40,466 nucleotides of DNA, taken from Tubiluchus corallicola. Its lineage: Eukaryota; Animalia; Priapulida. The notes under the pieces are model-generated. The model had not been told where the DNA came from and searched no databases. It worked only from the letters and a program-made list of their open reading frames with translations. The position numbers were made by a program, and so were the translations under genes. Location: positions 1 to 40,466 of the forward strand of contig JAQGDQ010001449.1 in NCBI GenBank assembly GCA_030141605.1, written 5' to 3'. Position 1 is the stretch's first letter. The number at the start of each line of letters is the position of its first letter. Of the stretch, positions 23,880 through 36,891 are shown one piece after another.

Positions 23880-24729
23880 GTTCGATTAGTAATTGTCACT
23901 TAAATTGTAGAGTAGGTGATTGTAAAAACCCGTCCAGAACTGGAAGATTAATTAATTGAAAAAAACAGTGCTGTTGGTACAAATCTAGCCAAACTCAACG
24001 TTACATTAAGCATAACTAAAACCTTGACCTAGTGAGTCGTGAATTCTCTATACCCCGAATGGCTGAACATGAAACTTGGTGTCTATATAATAATCAAGCA
24101 AAAAACAGCTGAATCATTGTTGATTCTAGTAGAGCCCAGGGGTTATTTTATGCAGCAAGAAAGTCACAGTTCAGTGTTCACTAGTCACCCGACGCCTAAA
24201 CTTTTTGGCAAAAGAAAGTTTATATTTGCACAGACACACCTCGTTATAATACCAAACTCGCTATATTGTGAATTTTTTCTGGAGTTCTAAAGGAGGCGGT
24301 ATGAAAAGGCTGACTGTAGTTTGTTAAGAATTTCCTGTATTTCTTCTGATTTCACACACATCTAAATTAATTTTCAATTGCTTACATAAAATAAATTTAA
24401 ATTGACAAATGTAGAGCTACAACATTCTTACTATAGAGTACTCACAATGGCAACGTTATTTGCAGTTGCCGTGCATTATGAGTGCAGTACTAATCTTATC
24501 TATGTAAAATATTAAATAAATTAACATTAAAACTACATTCACCGCAAGTTATCGGTTGGACGTGCAACTAAACAACACGGTTGGGGTATTAGGGTGGCGT
24601 TGGGGTTGGGATTGGGGATAGGATTATTATTATTGTTATAATTCTGTAGTAGTTTCCTCTATTTGGAGGAACAGTTAAGTTACATTCATTATTTACATAC
24701 AGACAAATACATCATTTGAGACAATATTA

Positions 24730-26398
24730 CGTCATCCATTGTACTCTGCCTATAATCTTATAACTTTAATTCAGCAAAAAGCTGCCTTCTGGCTCTGCGT
24801 TAGATAAGCAAAAAGTAGGCATGATGTTACGGGCTTTGCGTTATACATGAGGACTAGGTAGGATGTTCGCGTATTATTGATTACACGTGGTTTTTTACGC
24901 AAAATCTTTTGCGGGGCCTTTGCTAGTCGCATATATTAACTCTGCTGGTATATATATATATATATATATATAAGATTCGAGGCTACAGATTCGATGACGG
25001 CACTATTTGCGACGATCTATACATCAAACGAAAGGTCTCGATCGAGTGGCGTGCCATTGGGGGTTTATTTTTCGAATCGGGCCAACCGGGACGAACGGCG
25101 GCTAAAAAACCGCCAAAAATGGCCATTTTCGGTCGTTTTTTGCAAAAGTTATACGTCTCAGATCTGAAGAACGGGAACGGGCCGAGGGCGGTGCTGGCTA
25201 TGGATAGATAGCCCGTTCAGCGGTGGGTGTCATAGGCATATTTAGAATTTACGAGAGGGCCACGGCGTCCCGCAACGGGCGTTTTCCCGGACCCAACTCG
25301 CGAGTTTTTGGAAATTTCGACCAAAGAGCATGCGGAAAAAACGTTCTAACCACATTTGGTGGGACTCTCGAAAGGAGATATATAGCTCTTTAGAAAGAGG
25401 AAGAACAGGGCTACACGATGATGTGGGCTATATGTTAGGACACGTCCACCAAAAGGAGTATCGACGAGTTAATTAGATGTTCTATTTTCGGCAATTTTCG
25501 CTAGGAAAACTGCTGACGCAAAGCCATTGTTCAGACGTCATCCATTATACTCTGCCTGTAACTTTAATTCAGTAAAAGCTGCTGCTGGTTGCTTTGCGTT
25601 ATAAATAAGTACTATGTAGGACGTCCGCGCATTGTTGATTATAAGTGGATTTTTACGCAAATTTTTTTGCGGGGTTTAAAACCTTATAGCTTTAATTCAG
25701 TAAAAGCTACTGCTGCTGGCTTTGTGTTAGGTAAGTAAACAAACACTAGGTAGAACGTTCGCATATTTTTGATTATAAGTGTACTTATACTCAAAATTTT
25801 TTGCGGGGCCTTTGCTAGTCGTATATATTAATTCTACTGGTATGTACTTAATATATTTCTATATTTCTATATATATAGATAAGATTCGAGGCTACAACTC
25901 CGATGGTGGCACCATTTGCGGTGATCTATACATCAAACGTAAGGTCTCCATCTAGTGTCGTCTCATTGGGGGTTTATTTTTCGAATCGGAACAACCGGGA
26001 CGAACGGGGGGCGAAAAACCTCCAAAAATGGCCATTCTTCGGCCGTTTTTTGCAAAAGTCATACGCCTGAGATCTGGAGAATTGGAAAGGGGCCATGGGT
26101 GGTGCTGGCCGTGGATAGATAGCCCGTTCAGCGGTGGGTGTCATAGATGTATTTAGAATTAGCGAGAGGGTCACGGTGTCACGTAACGGGCGTTTTCCCG
26201 GACCCACTTCGCGATTTTTTCGAAATTTTGACCAAACAGCATGCAGAAAAAACATCCTAGCGACGCCTGGTGGGACTCTCGGAAGGAGATATATAGCTTT
26301 TTAGAAAGAGGAAGAACAGGGCTACACGATGATGTGGGCTATGTGTTAGGACACGTCCACTGAGAGGAGTACCGACGAGTTAATTAGATGTTCTATTT
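24730..26398 (+). mobile_element. Head-to-tail array of a non-autonomous Helitron-like element: 3' part, full copy (about 24950-25819), 5' part (25866-26398)
   Basis: 3' ends read CGCAAAA..TTTTGCG hairpin plus GGGCCTTTGCTAGT (CTAG at 24923 and 25815). 5' end TCTATATATATA. No TIR or TSD. Confidence 0.75.
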
Positions 26399-26476
26399 GG
26401 CTACCTTTCAGTCTAAAAGTTCATTCATTCCACAATGCCACAGAGGTTTGTGCGACGTACCACTTTTTTATTATAG

Positions 26477-26658
26477 GTAAGTCTAATTGTTTGGAGGATA
26501 TAACAGATTATATTTTCCAACATGCCAAGGACATGTCTATAACATTGATAAACGATAACAATGAGGCATCATGGGAACTCTTCATCTCGAAAAAGGAAAA
26601 AATTAACACCTTTGTGGTCGTTGGAAACTCACTGAAGTCCTCCGGTCTTGTGGAATTG
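26477..26658 (+). pseudogene. Probable exon of an iGluR/IR gene (possibly N-terminal domain)
   Basis: ttttttattatag| acceptor, open frame KSNCLEDITDYIF...INTFVVVGNSLKSSGLVEL, |gtaagt donor in phase with the next exon. The domain identity is a guess. Confidence 0.35.
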
Positions 26659-27125
26659 GTAAGTTTTTCTTTTTAAAAAACTTGTAGTTTTGTAAATTGC
26701 TAAAGCTGTGCAATGTTGCAGGAATTCATAATAATATTAATGTACAATGTGTTTATTTATAAAATGGTCTTTCAATATTTTTTTCAAAGTTGCTGTAAAA
26801 GTAAAAATATTTAGATAACGTACTAAAAAATTATAATGCAATTAGACCTATCTATAAATCATGAACAATTTACAACTGATACACTGATCCATTAAAATAC
26901 TTCTTAAAATGATGAGTTTTTAGTTCCCTGTTAAAAGAATTTAAATAATGGTAAGTTCTAATTTCAATTGGTAGCTTTTTTTAACACTTTGGAACAAGTT
27001 TGAAAATCTTAAATCAGCAAATTTTCGTTTTATTAAAAGGTACAGCAAGATCATATTGCAAGATCAAAACTTTTAATTCAGTCTCATTACGTTTAAACCA
27101 AAAATGCTTTTTAAACTTCCTTCAG

Positions 27126-27397
27126 GAAGGGCAGACTCACATTCAACAGGAAATATGGAGGAAATTTATGGAAAATCCTAACAGACATTTCGAACATGAT
27201 TCAGAAGCTTTTCGCAAAGTTAAAGAAAACAATTATGCGTGGATAGGAAGCTATGAGAGATTGCGAGCAGAAATGGTTCAAGACTTTCACACAACTGGAA
27301 AATGCTCTGTATATATTGCCGAGGATAACTTCTTTGTTCAACAGTTTGCTTTTCCTGTGCAAAAGAATAGTCCGTATTTGGAGCTTTTTAATAATGG
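27126..27397 (+). CDS. Ionotropic glutamate receptor / variant ionotropic receptor, S2 ligand-binding exon (the gene appears incomplete)
   Basis: Encodes EAFRKVKENNYAWI...CSVYIAEDNFFVQQFAFPVQKNSPYLELFNN, with ccttcag| acceptor and |gtatgt donor. Confidence 0.8.
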
Positions 27398-28121
27398 GTA
27401 TGTCTATTACGATCTCATGGTATTTGATTTTTTAAAGAATTAGAACATTTTGTATAATTAATATTTTCAGGTGTTGATCAATCAGAAATCTGGAAGACAT
27501 TTTGCTAACTTCATGTAACACAATATTTTTATGTTTCAACTGTAAGAGACCTACTGTTTTGGATATAAGCACGTGGTGCCTCCTTGTGTTTGTTTTCTGC
27601 AAATTTAGGCTGTTGATAGACAGGTGAGCTAGGACAGGAAATAGGCCATTGGCCTCATTTTTGCAGACAGGATAGGAAAGAAGTCATTCTTGTTCAGTAT
27701 GTCGTGTCATTTTATAACAAAATTTTGTCAGTCGAGTTCACTTTAGCAAGTTAGTAAGAAGCGGCAAAGATGTAAGTTTGATTTCTTCATATTTCATAAT
27801 ATTATTATACATTTTCATTATAGCAGTTAATTATCTTTTTGACATTGGATTAGCAGAAAATGTTTTTATTTGCTTCAGATAAACGAAGTCGAGTCGCTCA
27901 TAATATGTCAGTCAGTTAGTCAGTCAGTCAAATATGTCATGATGGGATAGTGATTTTGGGATGAGACGATGATTGCTCATTTTGGACAATAAAAAATTAT
28001 AAATTACATCTAAAAGACTGTTGGACTTGTATTTAGCGCATGTAGCGCACATCTACCTACAGTTTACAGTGTTTACATCTATCGATAATCTGCAAATTTA
28101 TTTTTTCTCTATTCATTTCAG

Positions 28122-28359
28122 AATTCATAAAATGATTGTATCTGGTTTCATGAATAAATGGATATTAGAAGCAAAACCGAGAATAAAATGTGACAAAGAA
28201 GCCAGCAGCGTTTACAGACCATTTAGAATGGCAGACATTGTGGGAGTCTTTGTTCTTTATATTTCTGTAATTTCGTTTATTGTATTTTACATTGAATACA
28301 TACATTCATCTGCATTTGATCTATGTAAGTCTGCATATAATCACTTGAAATTCAATTAA
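28122..28359 (+). CDS. iGluR/IR last exon (end of S2 plus M4 helix)
   Basis: Phase-2 join. Encodes IHKMIVSGFMNKW...C...PFRMADIVGVFVLYISVISFIVFYIE. Confidence 0.8.
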
Positions 28360-29337
28360 TTTTCATAGGATTTGAATTAAAGTTTAATAAACAATGTAGA
28401 AAATGAAAACACGGAAGCTTTGTGAGCAACAATGCGTATTTGTGGATATCTTGGAGTCTGTCAGGGATTTTTGTTTGTTAAATTTAATATAGCGTTTTAC
28501 AGTTACAAGTGGCGACATCTGGCTTCAATATTTGCATCCTAGTCAATTTCCGATCATTCAAGTTTCAATGTGTTCAAGTGATGACGTGTTTCTGTGTAAC
28601 TCGCGATTTAATGTCAACGATGTATGTAAATTTTATTTAGTTATTTACTGTAAGTCTCATTTATTTCACGTAATCGTAATTTTTTGGTAAGAAATGAATT
28701 AGTTTATTAAAGGAATTTATATATCTTCTTTCAGATAAAATATATAATTTTGGGTAATGGCGTCTCCGTGTCAGATATGAAGTAAATGACTAAGGGGCAC
28801 GTGACGTGAACATGGTATACAAACAATAAACTGTTATGCTAAGCAAAAAATGATGACTTTGTTTGTCACCGTAAAGCCCAAACAGAGTCTGTCCAACAAT
28901 CAAGATCTTTACAGGTGTTTGGTTGCAGCTTGGCACTATGCAGAACTCAACTCCATGGTCCACTAATGGTTTTTAAGGCAAGATCAGATACTAGTTTATT
29001 ATCAAGACAGTATTTTAAGGTGACACTCAATCGACAGAGATGTCACAGTCAGACTCGGATTTTTACCGTTTTATAATAACTGGTGAACTATTTTCTACTA
29101 TGTACTTATGAAACAATAGTCACAAGTTCATCCTTGAACCATCAAGGCCTCCGTGGACCGTATGACTAGAGCCCAAACGTATTTGACCTATTGAGACGAA
29201 ACAACAATGCTTAATTTAATCATAAGCTTTATTGCCACGAAGTAACTGCTCCTTGTTGCCAATAACGGAATTACACGTCTCCGAGTGATGCACTGTATTT
29301 GTACACACAATCGCTATAATCTTACATCACAAATGAT

Positions 29338-29759
29338 TACGGGTGAGCATCGAATGTTCGAGTTCGAACGTATGAATCGAATTCGAACGATTGAATTCGA
29401 TTCGTACGAGGTTTTTTAGTTCGAACTCGATTCGAATCCAAAACTATAGATTCGAATAATCCAGCACTTCAATCTCATATGTTCTTTATCACTAAAACGA
29501 CTGAAACATCATGCAATTAACATAATTCAGCTGTGATTTCTGCACACAACTTTAAACAAACTACTAGTCGTTTTATTGCAGAACAAAATCTAGAGATATG
29601 AATTATCTTTGTAAGACTAATTTTTACTGGTGGTTCGAAAATCTTGCAATCTCAATTCGAATTCGGTTCGAATTCGAAACACTGAAGTTCCATTCGATTC
29701 GAAAGTCACAAATTCGGTTCGATTCGAATTCGCTTTCTGGTAGAGAATCCTCACCCCTA
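29338..29759. mobile_element. hAT-type MITE, 422 bp
   Basis: TIRs TA(C/G)GGGTGAG. 8-bp TSD CAAATGAT at 29330-29337 and 29760-29767. Dense subterminal TTCGAA/ATTCGA repeats. Confidence 0.85.
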
Positions 29760-30191
29760 CAAATGATTAGATTAATATTAAAATGATAATAAGACTGATA
29801 TCAAGTGCTAGTATGTATACTATGTAAATATTTGTATATGCGTACAATTTTAAATAAATAATTATAATAATAATAATAATAAGTGCTAGTAAGATTGATA
29901 TCAAGCGATAGATTCATTGCACTTGTTCTGCTCTGTGCAATTTCTGCCTCCAAAGTGAGGTCATGTGACTTAACGCGCTGAAATGAGTACAATCTAACCG
30001 AAAACAATTATCACATCATCGGCAATTTCGGAACTTCTGCACGAATCCACAATTAACTATCCCAGTTACTTAAACGGGGAAATTTAAACCAAAGATCTGC
30101 AATGAAATCGGCCTCGCTCACTATAACATGGATGTATATACTTTCTCCCTAAATGAATGAAATAATTGGGAATTGCACAGAGTGAGATTAT

Positions 30192-30246
30192 CAGGCGGTC
30201 ACCCAACCACATTAGTTACCACGCTTGACATTGCTCAACTTCGGTA
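30192..30246 (-). pseudogene. Decayed 5S rRNA fragment or 5S-derived SINE head
   Basis: The minus strand reads ACCGAAGTTGAGCAATGTCAAGCGTGGTAACTAATGTGGTTGGGTGACCGCCTG, resembling the 5S A-box to C-box region. Confidence 0.55.
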
Positions 30247-30398
30247 GCCATGTTGCTCGCTCTAAAGTGAGCAAATAAAATACTACTCTCTTCGTTTTAT
30301 TCACTGGACACACCGCCAAGTTTCACCTATATTGAAACAAAAGTGTGAAAAGTATATTTTTGGTTAGTCACAACAATTATAGATCAATAATAACAATA

Positions 30399-30552
30399 AC
30401 TAGCAAAGGCCCCGCAAAAAAAATTTTGCTTATAAATCCACTCATAATCAAATATGCGCAAACATTCTACCTAGTGTTTGTCTGTTTATCTAACGCAAAG
30501 CCAGAAGCTTTCACTGAATTAAAGTTACAGGCAGAGTATAATGGATGACGTC
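30399..30552 (-). mobile_element. 3' end of the same Helitron-like family, inverted orientation
   Basis: Reverse complement of the 25540-25819-type sequence; similarity stops exactly after CTAG-T. Confidence 0.75.
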
Positions 30553-30554
30553 AG

Positions 30555-30758
<204 letters not shown>

Positions 30759-31329
30759 TGTTCAATGAGGCAATATGGCAAATGAAATCCCTGTCTGGAA
30801 TGAGTATTAAATCTTACTGCTACCTATCCATTTCCTTGCTAAGTTCTGCTTAACTTTAGTTACTAAGCAAACACAGTAACACACTGGCAGCTTATAAATA
30901 TTCTCCTAAAGAGCCCAGTCTCAAAAGTGGAGTCAAGCTCATAAAAAACAAGAGTTAAAGGTTGGAAATTTGAATTATAAATGTAAAAGTAAACGCGCAT
31001 TTCTATTAGACATGAAATAGACAGATGATGCCAACTGCCATTAATGAACAGTTTGCATTTTTCTATCAGTGTTGACACAAATGAATGTGCAAACGTGTGA
31101 AGTTTCAATAAATTCTATGCAATCAGTGACAATGCATTTCACATCATGTTTCACGCTGTTGCTTGCAGCTTTGATTAGTGGATTAGCAGCATCAGAAAAA
31201 AGTAAGTTTCATTCAGCTATATGCAGGTATTGTAGTTTCTTCCTATAGTTATATTATATTCTGGTTGCATTACAGTGCAACCTTATGTGTCATTTTAATC
31301 ACTGATCAAAATACATTTATAAAGCTTTG

Positions 31330-31530
31330 GACAAATAGAAATACAACAGCCCACGTTACACCTTAATACCACCTACATAAAATCTTAAAACTTCAAAGCA
31401 GGTATAAGTTAGAGGAGGCCAAATTTTTATATAGATTTAAACATAATATGCTTCCTGAGATTTTGCAGAATTACTACAAATCCGTAGCCCAAATGCACGA
31501 GTATCGCACACGATTTGCCACTAACCAAAC
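31330..31530 (+). mobile_element. L2/Crack-type LINE ORF2 C-terminal fragment
   Basis: Encodes KILKLQSRYKLEEAKFLYRFKHNMLPEILQNYY...HEYRTR, with a stop just upstream. Confidence 0.55.
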
Positions 31531-31703
31531 TTGTTTGTACAAACACATTATGCGTGTTGAAATATTATACGTGTTGAAACAAATAATACCACTTATAGCA
31601 GCAGTTATGCATGGACTTCAACAAATGATAACATGTTCAAAATATTTAAGTAGCATATTATATATAAATAATATATAAGTTCAAAATATATATCAGTTTG
31701 ATT

Positions 31704-31706
<3 letters not shown>

Positions 31707-31751
<45 letters not shown>
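31707..31751. repeat. (AT)n microsatellite
   Basis: Directly visible. Confidence 0.95.
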
Positions 31752-31755
<4 letters not shown>

Positions 31756-32904
31756 GTCAAAAAATGTATAGTAGCACACATTAAAATAAGTACATCATTG
31801 ATCAATTTAACATCATTGATTGATTAAAACATAATGTGATTATGATTACACGTTCAAAAATTCTACACAAGTGCTTTTTTGAGATGCAATTAAAATGTAA
31901 CATTGGTCTCTTTGTCCAGCTTATTACGCACACTCAACGTTCATGATAACATTTATATGCACAATATTCATTTTAACATTAATTCAAACATTTAGGAGAA
32001 GTCAGATTATCACAGTTAAACAGAATAGTCGATTGCAGCTGGCGCTTGGACAACTCCAAGCAAACCAATATTAGGTAGAATGACTCATATACTGTCACAC
32101 TTTATCTAAATTACACAACCAAGCTACTAAGTTGAAACGCTCATATCATAACAGCAGGGTAAACGCTAGGCGTTGTTTACTCTGCCAGTTTTATCTACAA
32201 AATATGACATCAAGATGTAGTAAATTCGCATAGGTTGACTGCTAGCATGTTGCCAAGAGTAAACTAAAAGTTGATAGCGCATTAAATCAGTGTGATAGCA
32301 CAGTCATAAGACCGCTAGATATCAGCTTGTTTAAGTTCACGAAACGGTATTGCAACTATAATAACCATAACAAATTTATAGTATGAAATGGCTTATATGT
32401 TGTACCCACTTAATATAATGTCTAACATGTAAATGTGGTTGAAATATCAAATCACCAAAGTAACAAAACTCTCAGAGCTGTGAGCTGTTATTATTCTCCT
32501 CCATACAGGCCTATATGTGTAACATCGAATCAACGACATTGCAAATACCAGCCAGTTCACTTTCCCTAAAACCTAGCGCTAGACTACAGCTTAACATAAC
32601 AGACTACAAATTTCAGGCTTATCATAATGAAATGCTGATCTAGCTGTATTAGCGTATAATGAACAATAAATTGCGAACTATGGAAATCCCAACATTGTCC
32701 TTTACCGAGTTTAACGTTTTAACTGGAGGAGGCAAACATATAAAATGCACAAATATCCGGAAGGTGTCGGTTGTCGAAAAAAAGAGTTTAATGTATAGCC
32801 GATAATGTGTAACGGAGCAAAGTGAAAAAAATAGCCCTACACAGGGGTTACAGGGCCTATATTACAGCTTCTACTGCATGTATTGCAAAAAACTACAATG
32901 TAAA

Positions 32905-33120
32905 TGATTATATAATAATATATATAATATAATTTATTTATTCCAAAAGCCAAGTACAATTTAACAATATCTTACACAAAAATTCACAATTTGAAAATAA
33001 CATAAAAATAATAGATGAAATATAGCCAAACGATTGATTAATTCAGCGCAGTCAATTATCGGCTCAGATCAGAAGATGAACTTGTAAGGTCTGAGCCGAA
33101 TAGGCAAAATGGAATAACAA
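32905..33120 (-). mobile_element. Possible LINE 3'UTR remnant
   Basis: AATAAA and a TTA-rich tail on the minus strand, plus a stem TCGGCTCAGA...TCTGAGCCGA at 33059-33099. Confidence 0.3.
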
Positions 33121-33420
33121 AGTTTCAAGATAAAAGGAAGGAAAGCCTGTAAGGTAATAAGTGTAATGATATGATGAGAAACAATGGCGAATGACAAGAT
33201 GTAGGGATTAGATTTGCATTAAAATTTTAATAATATTAACAAGCCATAGCAACCAAACGGAGCAATGTGCAAAAGAGGCGGCACACTCAAATGTGCCAAA
33301 ACGAATTTACTTCTTCTTACTTAAGCGTTAAGCTGATTGCGACAATACAGTTTTGCAAAGTTGTTGATATAGCATATGTATACAATTACTTCTTACTGCT
33401 TGCGAAATCTGTTTCATTTC

Positions 33421-36118
33421 TTTTTTTTTCAAATTTTCAAATTCAAATTCAAATTTTATTCTCAATTTGCAAAAGTACAATACATTTTACACACATAAAT
33501 ACACTTCATATATAATATATAAAATACAACTGTATTTACCACAGTTACTTATATATAGACCATAATGTGCAAATTTCATTACAGAATAATTTTTTGGTGT
33601 ATACAGTTTGAGCCTAAAATTGTGTTACTCTTGAAATACTTTTGAAATATTTCTTTTCTGACGGTTTTTTTAAAAGTTAAAAGGGAGTGACTACATTTCG
33701 AATTGCGGCTTAGTCTGTTCCATAGGACTGGTCCCATATAGCTAATGAAGTGTTTCGCCATATTTGTTCTACAACGTCTTGGTATATATTCATTATGTCT
33801 GGTATTGTATTTTTTTACATTTATCTTGACTGGATTTTCAAAAAAAGTTGGAAATAAGTTGTTGTTTGTTCTATACATGTATATACATCCATTAAAATTA
33901 ATAACATCATCCAGAAGTAATATTTGACATTGCTTAAAATGTGTAGTAGTAATTGTGCTCCTTTTGTCTAGTTTGAAGATGACACGTAAAAATTTTTGTT
34001 GTAAAACTCTTAAGTATTCTAAATTTGTAGTATAAGTAAAGCCCCATAATGTTGTGCAGTAATTTAAATATGATAATATTAAACTGTTGTATAATGTTAG
34101 AAGATGTTCGGTGTTCAGAAAGTTTTTAATATATGAAATGATACCTATATTTTTTGATATTTTTAATCTGATCATGAATATATGTGGTCGCCAGTCTAGA
34201 TGCTCATTCAGTATTAATCCCAGAAATTTCAGTTCTTTTACACGTGTAATTCTTTTATGGTCTATTATTAAATCGTGGTTCGCCTGGATTGGTTTATTTC
34301 GGGATCTAAACAGAATGTATTTTGTTTTTGATGAATTTAGTGAAAGTTTATTTGTTTTGAACCATATAGCTAGATCATGTAGAACTGTATTTATGTAGTC
34401 AATATTGGTTTCTATTTTATGAAAGCTAAAAAAAATGCTTGTATCATCAGCAAACTGAAATAAATTGTGATTTTTAACACAAAATTTGATGTCATTAATA
34501 TAAATTTAAAAAAGTAGTGGCCCGAGGACTGATCCTTGGGGCACGCCACATTTGATTGGTGTTACATCTGAAAAAGCGTTATTATATTTTACTGTCTGAG
34601 TGCGCCCTGTTAAATAATTCTTTAGCCACATATGAGGCAAACCTCTGATACCGTAATAGTACAACTTATTTAGCAGAATGTCATGGTTTACTGTATCAAA
34701 TGCTTTTGATAGGTCGCAAAATACTCCGTAGGATGTGCCATTGTTTTCAACAGTATTAATGATATTTTCTATAATTTTTGTTAAGGCTATTTCAGTGGAG
34801 CTACCTTTTCTGAAACCAAATTGTTTATTACTCAGAATTCTTTTTTTTTTATTAAATAATGAGATAACTGATTGTAAAAAACTTTTTCTAATATTTTTGA
34901 TATAAAAGGCAATAAGGACACTGGTCTATAATTGTTCAGAGACATGGGATCATCTGATTTAAACAAAGGAACAATAATTGATTCTTTCAATTTCGTTGGT
35001 ATTTCACCTGTAAGAAAAGATAAATTAATTAAATATTGCAAAGGTTTACAGATGTAGTCAATGGTGTCTATTACGACTTTAGGTAGCATTTTGTCCTTAC
35101 CAGGACCTTTATTCCGATTAAACGATTTACAAGTATTTATTATATCATTTTCTGTTACTGCACTAATAAAAAAGCTTTGTCGGCAGGTACCTTTAAGATA
35201 TGTACATGGATTTACGTTTGTGTTTTCAATTTGTTCTGATAATATTGGTCCAATATTGGCAAAGTAATCGTTAAAAGCATTTGCCACCTCTACATTATTT
35301 TTAATTAATTTATTGTTTATGAACAACGTAATGGGTCGATTTTGCCTTTCTTTATGCATAATTTCTTTCATTGTATCCCATGTCTTTTTTATGTTATCTT
35401 TAACTGTCATCAATCTATCCCTATAATACTGACATTTTGATGCTTTTATAACTGTATTAAGTTCATTTCTATATCGTTTGTATTCTACTTCAGATATGTC
35501 ATTATTTGTCTTGTTCACCAGAGAACGATACATTTTATTTTTCCGCTTAACACTTACTAAAATTGCTGTAGTAATCCAAGGTTTTTTTGCTGCTTGATGA
35601 TTGTTATTGCTTTTCTGTAGTTTAATATGTTTGTTATAGATATCAGAAAGCTTAGTATGAAATAAATTGTATGCGTCTTCGGTATTAGTTGCAGAATATA
35701 AATCTGACCAGTCACATTGATTTAAATCTTGGATAATTTTGTTTTTTATATGAACATTATAAATATGTTTGCGCACGTATTCCTTACTGTATGTTTCAAT
35801 TTTGAGATCAATAATTAAAAAAATTGGGAGGTGATCTGTTATATCTGTTAGAAAAATACCTGATTTATACTTATAATCTAGTGCATTCGTAAATATATTA
35901 TCAATTAGTGTTGCTGAATAAGGCGTAATTCTTGTTGGTCTTGTAACAGTAGGAAACAGATAATTGGTCAGCATTGTGTCTAAAAAGTGTCCGGTTTCGT
36001 TGTGAGAAGCATGGTTTATTAAATTTATATTATAGTCTCCTAGTAAGAAAATATGTTTGTTTTGTCGATTAACAATTGCCATAGTGTTCTGTATTTTGTC
36101 TGTAATATTTCTATTCAA
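33421..36118 (-). mobile_element. 5'-truncated CR1-group (L2/Crack-like) LINE: end of the APE endonuclease, RT domain, 3'UTR and tail; inactivated
   Basis: Motifs LGDYNINL, PTRIT..TLIDNIF, TDHLPIF, YRPVSLLP, QFGFR, DLSKAFDTV, GVPQGSVLGP and FADDT. AATAAA followed by a (TTTGAA)n tail. Frameshift at the A10 run (34841-34850) and a stop at 34506-34508. Confidence 0.93.
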
Positions 36119-36127
36119 CGTAGATGT

Positions 36128-36650
36128 AATCTAGGTGTTCCACAAGGGTCAGTCACATCACCAATTTTGTTTATATTTTTCATTGTTGATATGTTTCATA
36201 TCGGCAGACAGCAGTCAGTGAAAAAATATAAGTATGACTGGTCCTTGCATGTGCCAGTCATAAACCCTTTAATCCTGTGTTTAATTGAACAAAGTTATGT
36301 AATATCATACACAACTGGTGACAGAAATGGTGTTTAAAAATAAATTCGTTACCTGGTAAAACAGAAGAATTGTTAGTTAGAGCACGGAATGAAAGTAATA
36401 AGCGGGAATAAGTTAAAAATTGATCATAATGAAATACTATTTGTTGAAGGCAAAACATTAGGCCTTATTATTGATCGGAAATTTACTTTCTCAAAACGTG
36501 TTGTTAATGTACATAAAAAGTTTGATCAGATCCCTGAAATTAAAATAAATTTTTTTTAGTAAATGCAGAGATATGATGATTACTGCGACTGCAATTTTTT
36601 TTATAAAACTGCCACTTTGCCGATTACACTGTATGGTGTTATTGCATGGT
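36128..36650 (+). mobile_element. Older decayed LINE RT fragment of a different family
   Basis: Encodes LGVPQGSVTSPILFIFFIVDM, W*QKWCLKIN..KTEE, KTLGLIIDRKFTF and FYKTATLPITLYGVIAW across frameshifts. Confidence 0.75.
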
Positions 36651-36891
36651 TAGGTAAAACAACTTTCCTTGTCTCATGATATACTTTATGATGCAATGGT
36701 AAATGAAAAGAAGCACTCTTTTGTACATACGTTATTTATTTTCTGGATAAAGATTTAGTATCACAAAAAAAATAAAATCAGTGCTTATTCAAATATATTT
36801 GACTCAACATGCATGCTATACCATGACTACACCCATTTTAACAAAATAAAAGTATAGTAACCGTTTACAAATTACATATTATAATTACATA

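Noticed and set aside
34841-34850. Programmed frameshift at the LINE A-run
   Set aside because: The run differs between arms (A10 versus A9), as expected for slippage or sequencing error, and a shared stop follows anyway.
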